A DNA stretch of 64,000 nt, from NCBI GenBank assembly GCA_001179505.1, contig CDMY01000366.1:1-64000 (forward strand), written 5' to 3'. Under the pieces are notes generated by a model. The model saw only the letters and a program-made list of their open reading frames with translations, searched no databases and was not told the origin of the DNA. Numbering within the stretch: the first letter of the stretch is position 1; each line of letters begins with the position of its first letter. A program made the position numbers and the translations under genes. Of the stretch, positions 43,619-54,182 are shown piece after piece. Source of the DNA: Vitrella brassicaformis CCMP3155 (lineage: Eukaryota > Protista > Chromerida).

Positions 43619-46551
43619 CTACGGCCCTCCAGTTGCCTCGTCTTCCTCCATTATGGCAAAGTCGGGGTTGGAAAAGAGCTTCTCGAACCGCTTGTCCGTC
43701 AGCAGGCTCGATGCACGCTCAGCGGCAGCGGCAACCTTCTTGGAGGCCTTCCCACCCCCACCCTGCACACACACACACCACGCCACACAAAACCAATGAT
43801 CGATCAAGGGAGGGGAGAATGCGCAGTCAGTCATGTGAGCACATGCATATGATCCTACCTGTGTGGCGGCCTGGACGGTCTCTTGGAGCCTCGACGCTAG
43901 CGCCGCATTCACCTTGGGCAGATGATGCTTGACCTGCAGTGCAGGCAGCCGGGCAGGCAGGGGGCAGCCAGGCAGATGTGGGTGTCATTCATTCATGTCA
44001 GTCAGTCACAAACATACACGGACACGGCCACACGTAGAGTGCGCACGTGCAGGTCCCACGTCGCAGGCAGAGGTAGGGTAGGTGGCCAGGCCGCGTGGGT
44101 GGGGTGACGTGCAGTCAGTGAAAACATCCACACGTACGTACGTACGTACGTACCTGTATCCGCATGGGTTGTTTGTCCTGCATCTTGTCGCGGATCCGCT
44201 GTTTGCGGTGCAGTTCATAGGCGGATGCTGTGGTGGTTGCGGCCTTGAGCTGCGAATACAGCCGGGCGTCCATGAAGTACCCGTGCAGGTACGCACGCAC
44301 CAGGGGCGTGCCCAGTAGGTGATCCGCACCCAACTGGGCCAGCTGGGCCTGGGTCACGAAGCGGAAGTCCTCATACAGGGGGTGGGGTGGGCCTTCATCG
44401 CCCTCCACGCCGGGTGCCTGGGATCCCTCCTCCAGCTCCTCCGTCAGACCGTCCAGGAACGAACACCACCTGGACACACACACAGACACACAGACACACA
44501 GACACACAGGGTGGAGTGATGCATGCATCCATGCATGCATCCATCCATCCAGCCAGCCAGAGGCAGGGAGGGCACGACACGAAGCGACGGGCACCGATGT
44601 CCTCATCGTCCGTCCATGGAGGATGGGGTGTCCGACTGTGTATGCTATGCTGTCCATCGATTGTGTCAGCCAGCGGCGGTGCCTGGCTCTTTACTGCGTA
44701 CTTACGTGGGTGCGAGTCCCAGGGTCGGGATGAAGTAGAGGCCAATCCGCCTGTCGTCTCGTGGCACAAACACCATGCCCGAGTCGGGATACACGCACAC
44801 CGAGTTGAAGCTGCCGCCACCTGCTGACTCCACTACAGCCACAGGGGGACTGCTGCTGCTGCTGCCCCCGACACCACCGCCACCCTCCCCAGCAGGAGCA
44901 GCAGCTGCAGAGCACACCCTGAGGGTCTGAGCATCGACGGCCGCCACGAAGAGAGCCTGTTCTGTCCCTGCACCACCATCGGCGGCGTCACCGAAGTCGC
45001 TCGCACGAGCGGCTCTGCCGCGGTGGAAACACTGGACGGCCCGGATGGCGGCTGAGGTCTTGGTGGCGTGGCTCCAGTAGGGCCGCGATGACCGGATGTC
45101 GAGGACTTGCAAGATGCCGTTGACGCACCCCACCGCCAGGCTGAGGCCATTGCCCGAGAATGAGAGGGCTGTGGCGCTCCTTCCGTTGGGCAGCTGTGAG
45201 GGGTCGATGGTGCTGTAGAGGTCCACAGTGGATGCAGGTCGTCTGGTGCTGGCGCGTGTGTCCCATGCCTCGATGATGCCGCCCTCGCCCGCAGTGACGA
45301 GTAGCGGCAGAGTCGGGCAGACGGCACAGGCATTGAGGGCGGCACAGGTGGTCTTGAGCGGCTCCTCAAACACGCCAGTCTCCACATCGATCCTGTAGAT
45401 GTCCTCCGACGACCCCACCACATACACCTCGCACGTGTCCGGGTCATAACTCATGCAGCGACCCTCCTTGGGCACACGGATCTGAGGGAGGGAGGTGACA
45501 CACACACACAGACAGACAGACAAAGGCATGGTCAGGCAGGCAGGCAGACAGACAGATTGGGGACTCGATCTGTATGCGCTTTGTCTGCTGATTGTGTGGT
45601 GTTTGTCTGTCTGACAGTGAGTCAGTGCCTGTCTGCCCTGCCCTGCCCTGCGCTGCCCTCACTCTGTGGTGCCTGCCTCCCTGGGCGTGGAATTCGACCC
45701 ATCGATTGAACTCCAGGAGCACCAGCTTCCTGTGTTGGTCGACACACACACAGTCAGCGAATGAATGAACACTCGCTTGGCACACACTCCCCTCCCTCCC
45801 ACCCTCCCAGTCCCCCATACGAGAACCACAATCACACCTGGTCTGTCTGCCTGCCTGCCTGCCCTGTACGACGTGTTACCACCGGGTAGGGTGTCTACCT
45901 GTAGTCTTGTGAGAGAAAGATCAAGTCGACGACCTCGCTGTCCACACGACGGTCGAACTTGAGACTCAGCTCAGATGTCTCGTACACCTTCACCTACACA
46001 CACACACACACACACACGGACACAAAGCCACCAAAAGGCGGGAGCCGTAGGTGCATCCATCCATCGATGACATCAGCCCGCCAGCCCCGCATGGCATTGA
46101 TTGCCCTTCTACCCTACCGATGGTGGGTAGATGCCTGTGGCTGCGATGAACGAGCCATCAGGTGACACCTTGACCGACGAGCTCGCCACCGTGAACTCGA
46201 AGCTCTGGAGCAGCTCTATGCGCCGGCGAAACGACGCATCGCGACTGCACACATCCGTATGTATACAATAAGTACAACCAATGTAATTTGTGTCCATCGA
46301 TTCCATCCATCGACAACAATTAAGGCGTTAGTTATTGATGGTGACTGATGGCTGGCGTCCGTGTTTGTGTTTGTGCTGGTGTGTGTTCTGACCGAAGTGA
46401 TTTGTTGTGGCGCTGAGCATGCTCGACGAAGTCAGGCAGAGACTTGCCGGAGCTGTTTCACAAGGAAGCAGCACACAGGTCAAGGCAGCAGTTTCAATGA
46501 GTTTCCTCACCTGAGATCATACACACGAGTACTTCGGCTGACGACCTCCAT
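43619..46551 (-). CDS. NOL10: Nucleolar protein 10 / Enp2 (WD40 40S biogenesis factor with NUC153 motif)
   Basis: RRRIELLQSFEF..VKVSPDGSFIAATGIY, LKFDRRVDSEVV, RWVEFHAQGG, IRVPKEGRCMSYD, GLYFIPTLGLAP, WCSFLDGLTEELEE, YEDFRFVT, YLHGYFMDARLY, DKRFEKLFSNPDF. Confidence 0.92.
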
Positions 46552-46730
46552 GGGCTGATCTGTGTCTCGACCCCTTCCCCGCACCGTGTGCGAGCTCAGG
46601 CCGATCCGTCTGCCAGCTAAGCTCACGGAGGCAGGAAGCGGCCCGGGGAGTGCAGGCAAGATGGTACGTCCGCACGCGATGTGGAGATCTTGACGAGAGA
46701 GGGCAGATCCCACATATATCTGGTGCGCAA

Positions 46731-47214
46731 ATGGTGTGTGCGTGTGGGTGGTGTGGCCTGTCGTTCAGGGCTCCATCAAGACGCTGCGCAACAAGAAGTT
46801 CCTAGCAAAGAAGGTGAGGCGACAACAAACACCACCGGCGCAACAGGACAGACAGACAGATCTGAAGTCCGGCTGTCGTCCTGTGGCCTGTCTGCTCGCC
46901 TGTGTTGGTTGTGGTGTCTCCCCCAACGTGATCTGATCCCTCAGATGAAGCAGAACCGCCCCATCCCCCAGTGGATACGGTTCCGTACGGACAACAAAAT
47001 CAGGTACGTACGTACGTACGTGACCGGCTATGTGGGGCACATCACTCACCTGCTGTAGACAAGAGAGGCAAGGCAGCACCCCCACTCACTCACTCACGTG
47101 TGTGCGGCTTGTGGATTGTGTGCTGCCTGCCTGCCTCCCTCTCTCCCTGCCTCCCTGTTTGTCAGGTACAATGCGAAGCGACGTCACTGGCGACGGACCA
47201 AGCTGGGCATCTAA
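46731..47214 (+). CDS. RPL39: 60S ribosomal protein L39 (eL39), 51 aa, 4 exons
   Basis: Exons 46731-46733, 46769-46813, 46945-47003, 47166-47214 (156 nt) give [51 protein letters not shown]. Confidence 0.97.
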
Positions 47215-47826
47215 GCCGCTCCATGTCAGACGCGCGGGGCGTGTCGAGGCCAGGCGAGGCGGCCGTGTGAGGGGTGGATGGACAGACAGCAGGGGGGCGC
47301 GTGTGTGGAGTGAGGGAGAGATGGCTATGTATGTATGGGGTAGCTCATCACTGTGTTTGAATGGATGGACGTTGGTTCATGCGTGTCTGCAACGCATGAG
47401 GGACCCCGACCAATCCATCCACCTGCCTGCGTGAATGTGATGTGAGTTACCTCAATCAAGTACTCAAGTACCTACCTGCCTAACTGACGAGTGCGGCCGG
47501 AACGATCGGCTCCAGCCCCCACCACACCCCGACACGTAGTATCCATACATACCATACACGTACGCAGCGCATCCGCCACAGTACGTACGTCCAGTGTCTG
47601 TCGTCCTTCGCCCAAACACATGCATGGCCGTGCCACTCACTCGCTCCCACATTTGACTTGCCCTCGTTGGTCTGACGACATTTATGTATGGTTCGGGACG
47701 TACGACACGAAATACAGGTCAAGTCCTGGTGTCCTGTATGTGTGTATGTAACAGGACACAACCACCCAGTCAGTCGCCATCCTGACTTCCTTTACTCACT
47801 GCCCTACTGCCCTGCTGCCCTGCCTC

Positions 47827-50800
47827 CTATGCCATGGCTATGGTTGGTTCCTTCCTGACCGTCTGTCTCCTCCTGTTGGCCTGAAGCTGTGTGAGTAGGC
47901 AGAGCAGGTCGTCGTCCCCGTGTCCCCCCGACATGCCGAGGGCCACCGTTGCACGAATGACCTTTTGCAGCGGCAGGTGTGAGATCTTGGGGAGATCCAA
48001 CACAAACACACGTACCAGCTGCTGAAGCGTCCACCGGTACTCGCGGGTCTCGGGGCACATAACGCGGCCGTACGCATCCACCACCTTCACCATCTGTACG
48101 TACGTACGTACCGTACGGACCGGACCATGCCATGTGGGCCATGTGGGGTGCAAGCCAAGCCACATCATATCATGCACACCACAGACACACGACAGACACA
48201 GGACAACACAACAGCCAAGCCAGAATAGCTATCAGATGTCCTGTCGCCTTGTGCGTCTGTCTGTCTGTCTGTCCGTCTGTGTGTGTGTGTGTGTGACGTA
48301 CGTACGTCCGCAGGCTTCATGCGCCGTGTGAGTGAGGTGTCGGTGATGCCCTTGTCCCGCAGGCGGCCGTGGCATGCATGGAAGAACCCATACACACACG
48401 GCTGGGCGTACCGGGCCTCTTTGGCCTGGGGCCATAGCCACACTCCCTCTGGGTCGGGGTGGGCAGCGTCACACAGGGAGCCGTCGGTACAATCACCACT
48501 GCCGCTACCCGCAGCCCTCGTGGTCGCTTGCTGCAGCCTCTCGGCCTCGTACCTGGTCGACACAGACAAACAAACAAACAACAAATACATACAACACATA
48601 TCAGTCAGTGAGTTACCTGCTCAGCTGCCATGCCTACCCTCTCTCTCTGTCTCTCTCTCTCTCTCTGTGTGTGTATCCATACGCGAGTGTGCTAGAGATG
48701 GCGTCGTGTGCGTCAGCGAATGCGGCGCAGAGATTCGACACCTCCTGCCAACTAAACGACTCGATCGCGCGCGAACAATGCTGCCCCCACACACAACACA
48801 ACACACTGTACTGTATCCCTCCCTCCCTCCTTTCCTCCGTCCGCGTGGCTTGCCTGTCTGTCTGTCTGTGTGTCTCACGTCCCTCCCTACGGTGGCGAGT
48901 TGTGCGACGAGTATGAAGTCTCTGAGGCAGTTGCCCTTGGCCAGCGCATAGGTGATGCACGCCAGCGTGTTGGGGAGCGGAGGACCCTCCACTGCAGTGC
49001 ACACCTTGCCGCCACTATGTGGGCCGGTGGTGACAGTCCCTTGGTGTACTCGTGGTGCCACCCCCCTCACCCTGCCGCCCCGGGTGCCACCACCCCGCCG
49101 GCCCCTCGGGGCTGGGGGTGTAGGTGGGGATGGCACCTCTGTCGGGGAGCTGGGGGGGTGACTGACGTCCACCATGGTGAACAGCTGCCTGATGTGGCCG
49201 CACACACTCGCCAGAAAGCTGATGTCCGGGGCGCCGCTCTGAGGCACAGGCAGGCAAAGTGAGTGGATCGGGGAGGTGTTCTATGAGGTGCTCTGTGTGT
49301 GTGTGTGTGTATGACCTTGGTGTAAGCCTGCAGGACCATGCCACTGCTCTGCCAATCACACTCGTGGATGCGCTGATATTGACGCAGGGAGACAGGACAG
49401 GACAGGACAGAACAGGACAGGACAGCACGGCACGCACCATATGCACGTTTCGCGACAGCTGTGTGCGTGTACCTCAGCGATGGCCGTCCACAGTAGTGGT
49501 AGGAGTGGGTCGTTGACGAGCCCCACCTTGACATACCCATGGGCCAACAGACACAGCTGCCGGGGGTCGGCCTCACCCAATAATGAAGGCAACACCTATC
49601 ACACACACACAACACACACACGCACACACGGCACGGGGAGACAGACAGACAAAGCGGCTTGGCGATATGCCCGTCCGTCCGTCCATCCGTCTGTCCCTGT
49701 GTGGTGTGCCTGGACTGCCTGGGCTGCGCGTCTGCCTGCACCTGCTTGCCTGTGTGACTTGGTGGAAGAATGCTTCGTGTAGTATGTGCACGGCGGCAAA
49801 GGCATGGACGGCGACGGCGATGTTGCGGACCGACAGGACCCCTGCGGTGCATGCCAGGTGGTCCCCCAACATCTTGTAGAGCTCCAGGTAGCCCTGGTCG
49901 GCTCCGTCGCCCCACTTGCTAAACGAATTGGCCAAACCCGACAACTGGTCAGCCGTCAGGCTGCTGGAATGCTCTATCGCAACCCTTGCCAGCTCGTCAA
50001 ACAGCTTCTTGACCCTCGACCTCGTCTCGGCATTTGTCCACCCCAACAAGGACATCGACCGATTGTATGCCGTGGCCAGGCTGGTGGCGGCCTGCTGGTC
50101 AAGCTCAGTCCTCCGGCCTGGCGAGCTGACCACGTCGACGGCAATTTGGTCGAGGAGTTGAGTGTAGAGCCCCCTCGCATGGGCGATGTCTGGCAGCCCA
50201 GACCATGACAAGACCACTCTGCTGAGCTGCTGGAGCGGCATGCGCTCCAGGTGCCGCTTGACGAGCCCCAAAAGATGCTCCAGCACATACAATCGGTCTT
50301 GCTGCTGCATGTCGGCTGAGAACTCACACATGGCCGACACGGCCGACACGGTGCCATGGAGCGAAAACACCTTGTGGTGCCGGCCTGTGAAGCGCCGCAG
50401 CAGCTTGGTCACCAGAGCCCCAAGGTCACCAACGCCCCCAGCACCAGCACCAGCACCATAATCTGTCTTGTGGAGGAAACCGCCCTCCCCATTACGTTTG
50501 GCCTTGACGTAGCAGGTGAGTATAAGGCCGACCTCCGCCGCGTTGAGCTTGGCCATGTGTTCCTCAGCGGTGCTGTGGAAGGTCCTCCAGACGGTGGGAT
50601 CGTACTGCCGCCTCACGACCGCCTGCATCATGGCCGACAGCAGCTCGGTGACGTCGTCGGTGCCGTGTCGCAGGAGGATCTTGCTGATGGGGGGCGGCAG
50701 GCCCTCCAGCTCCACACCAAGCCGATTGCGCTCTGCCAGTGCATCGACCATGTCGAAGGGCACCGTGTCGATGACCTCTAGGTGGGCCTCCTTCTCGGCG

Positions 50801-51113
50801 CGGCTGCGGGGCTGGTGCAGCTCACCAAACGGCTTGCTGGTGCGGGGGACCGATGATGGTGCAACCTGGCACAGGCAGGCAGGCAGGCAGGCAGGGCATG
50901 GCACACGACCAGGCAATCGACAGACAGACAGACAGGCATCCATCCATCCATCGGTGCAATCAATATGTTTGAGTGGGTATGTGTGCATGTCCTGTAAGGA
51001 TGTGCTCATGGGCTGCGCACCTCCGTCATGTGCGCAACGCGTGTTGCTGCCGGGGTGGAGGGGCAGACAGCAGCACCAGCAGTACTTGCAGCGAGGCGCC
51101 ATGAGGATATCAT
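47827..51113 (-). CDS. Helical-repeat organellar RNA-binding protein (heptatricopeptide repeat / FASTK-RAP-like), probable mitochondrial presequence
   Basis: Repeats of the type LNAAEVGLILTCYVK, MPLQQLSRVVLSWSG, LTADQLSGLANSFSKWG, LSVRNIAVAVHAFAAV, ADPRQLCLLAHGYVKVG, LPNTLACITYALAKG. Start MISSWRLAASTAGAA at 51113. The 3' end may splice to ~47719. Confidence 0.65.
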
Positions 51114-51292
51114 CGATGGATGGATGGATGCCCAGATCTCGATCAACCAATGAGGGACCCAACAGGCGTCAGTTGACTGACATGCAAGGAACCTTTTCCA
51201 AGAGGGGCAACAGACGGGTGGGAGCGCTTTCAACAACGAACGAACACGAACCATCTGCGCGCTAATCTTTGCAGATCTCTCGCGTCGAGTGG

Positions 51293-53491
51293 ATGATGCA
51301 GAGGGTTTGTTCAGGAGCCCTTGGCGGCCCAGCAGCAGTGTGTTGCCGGCCCTGCCGGCTTGTGATTGTTGAGCAGCAGCGGTGCAAAGCAGGATGGGCG
51401 AGCAGCCAGGGCATGACGCCAGGCAAGTCATGTCATCAAGTCAAGGGACGGAGGGAGGGAGGGAGGGAGGCCATTGACACGTCACGTCCTCACATTGCCT
51501 GGCATGCAAGTCACTCACTGCTGTGCTCTGCTGTGTGTTGCCTGCCTGCCTGGCTGCAGGGAAGGGTCCTGGTCCCCGGCAGCCGGCGAGTGGGTTGCTA
51601 GGTCGGCTGGCGGGTAACCTTCAGCGTACGGCTGCCGCTAGGAGGGCGGCTGCCCGTAGTCATCCGGAGGGCAGGGCCCGTGGGATAGACACCCGCAGTG
51701 TCCTCAATGCGCCCTTCAGGGCGATGGGGGAGTTCTTTGGCGACGTGACGGAGAAGGGCGTCGGGGAGGCCGCCATGGACAGGTTCAGGGGGTCACGAGA
51801 AGAGCGGCAGGAGAGAAGGCTACAGACCATGTACAGATTCCAGAATGAGCAACTCATGAAAACCGAGGTACGTGACCGGGGCAGGCAAGGCTGGGAGGCA
51901 GGCAGGCCAAGCCAAGCCAAGCCACCGGTGTGATGTCGGATGTGACGTGCACGCACGTATATATAGGGCAAGTACACCCTACGAGAGCATCTCCGTTCTA
52001 AGCGGGTGAGTGAGGCGGCTTCTGTTGGTTGGCCAGTTCGGGGCGCCAGGGCAGGCGCTGACTCAATGCATTCATTGCCTGGCCTGGCCTGTCCTGTCTG
52101 GCTGCCGTGTTGTGTTGATGTGTGTCTGTGTCTGTGTGTTGTCTGTGTGTGTGTGTGTATGATGTGTAGGCATACGCTGAGAAGATGCGTTTCATCGGTC
52201 CGATGGCGGGGGTCATGTCCTTTCTCGGCAAAGTACCCGGCACGGAAAGGACACTCAAGGAACGTACGTACGTCAGTCAGTCAGTCAGCATTGCAGTCAT
52301 CCACTCACACACACGTAAATACATACAGTCGTGGTGTGGTGTACTGTGTTGTGTTGTGCGCAGTTGATGTGTTGGAGTCGTTGACTCAGGATGAGCTGGA
52401 CCAGGCGAGCGCCAAGACCATCAACATGCACACACGCAAACTCATCGCTGAGATCGCCAATGTGTGTACGCCGCCACCGCTCACGCTACGTTGAATGAAT
52501 GACTAATCAACGTACCTCCCCACTCCACGGGCACTCACCCCTCCTTTGTGTGCGTGTGCGTGTGTGGGTGTGTGGGTGTGCCAGGTAGATTTGAATTTCG
52601 TCAAGCAGTGTCTGCTGGACTTTGAGGTGTTGCGGACGGACCGGACGTGGCTCTTCCGGCGGCAGATGATGGGCAAGAAGCTGCCAGAGACCACAGACGA
52701 GAGAGAATTCCTCGCATCATGGGACAGACCTTTACGTACGTACGCACTAAGGGAGGCACGGGCGTCTAATGGATAGATGGACGGATGGGTAGCTGCTGAT
52801 CGGTGTACTGTACACTGGCGCGTGTGCGTGTGTGTGGTTGTGTCAGATTACCCGATGCGTGGGATGGAGGTAAAGGAAATGCTCAAACGAATGGACAAGA
52901 AACGCAAATACACATTTCCAAGGTAGGTACCACCTACTGCACTAGACTACTCGTGGGTGGGGTAACACAGAAGGAAGAGCAAGGACACACAGACAACACA
53001 GCGAGCACATGTCTCTGGGCGTGGTGTGTGCCTGTCAGGCGCAAGTCATGGATATGGCTCCGACACCGATCGACGTAAGACAGACAGACAGACACAAATG
53101 ATGACAACCAAAGCGCACATTGTACACTTTCATGAAGGAATGGGCCGATCGGCCGACCGATCGATGTGTGTGTGTGTGTCGTTGATTTGTGTTGTGTGTG
53201 GTGTGCAGTGGGTTCTCTCGTTGGGCGACTCAGCCGAACACCAAGAGGTACCCCGCCATCTACTACGCCTCAGCTCTGCGCAAGCGATGGACCCCCAGAT
53301 ACCACATGTACCTCAGGTGGGTGTGGTGTGCAAACACACCTACCTGCATACGACAGACATACAGACAAACGCCCCTGCCTGACACACCTCCAACCTTGAT
53401 TTGTTTGTATCTTGATTTGATGTGTCTGATGATTGATTGTCCAACATCCATCCCAACCAGGAACAACCCGCCGAAGATCAAAGAAAGATGA
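51293..53491 (+). CDS. Stand-alone SRP54/Ffh M-domain-like protein with basic, aromatic C-tail; candidate mitoribosomal mL105-like protein
   Basis: Spliced product contains MRFIGPMAGVMSFLGKVPG and VLESLTQDELDQ..INMHTRKLIAEIANVDLNFVKQCLLDF (compare Ffh MGPLxxxxxMIPG / IIDSMTxxER..SRKRRIAxGSG..V.DVN.LLKQF). No GTPase motifs. Exons continue to ...RWTPRYHMYLRNNPPKIKER* at 53491. The start may extend to ATG 51182 via a 57-nt intron. Confidence 0.6.
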
Positions 53492-54182
53492 AGGAAGCGA
53501 AGCAAGGAGGGCCGAGGGCTGGATTGATCATATATTAATATTCATGGATAGGTAGGTAGAGAGATAGATGTACAGTAAGTAGACTGACTTAGGCAGGAGG
53601 GAGGGGGGGGGGATGTGTGTGCAGATGGATGGATGTAGAGTGAGGAAGGGACGATGGCTGGGGTTTGTGTCTGTCGTTGGTGCACACGTGTGATTGTCGG
53701 AGTGGTGCTGGTAGATTGATTGCGATGCATTGCATTGTCACTAGCTGGGTGATGGACTGATGTTCATTGACTGATTGATTCATTATTACGTATATCAGTT
53801 AGTTCACTGGCTAACTAAGGGCTCTGCTCTAACACCATCGGCCAATCGGTGGGTGAAACCGTCTGGACAGCCACACACATCCGGCCATCCATCCGTCCGT
53901 CCAGCCTCACTCACAGCACACCACGACACGACACGACCCCCACATGCATTGCAATGCATTCGTTCGCACACGTGTGCACGTCAGTCACAATCAATGGATG
54001 TGCGGGCGGGCGGGACGGCGGGCGGCAGTATGTATCTTCTCACTCACTTACAGGCTGACTGACTGACTGACTTTGTCTCTTGTCTGGTCTCTGTCTGGCG
54101 AAATATATATGTCTGTATGGTGTCTGTATGGTAGGCAGATGGTAGATGTGTTTGTGTGTGTGTGTTTCCTCTCTCTCCTTGA

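Noticed and set aside
46814-47165. Intronic C/D-box snoRNAs in RPL39 or NOL10 introns
   Set aside because: No properly paired RUGAUGA/CUGA boxes with terminal stems were found by eye. A snoscan/Infernal search would be needed to exclude them fully.
51182-51254. Apparent antisense overlap of the HPR gene (ATG 51254, MVRVRSLLK) with the SRP-M gene's first exon
   Set aside because: It needs a weak GTTCCT donor. ATG 51113 (MISSWRLAAS) gives a simpler, presequence-like start without overlap.
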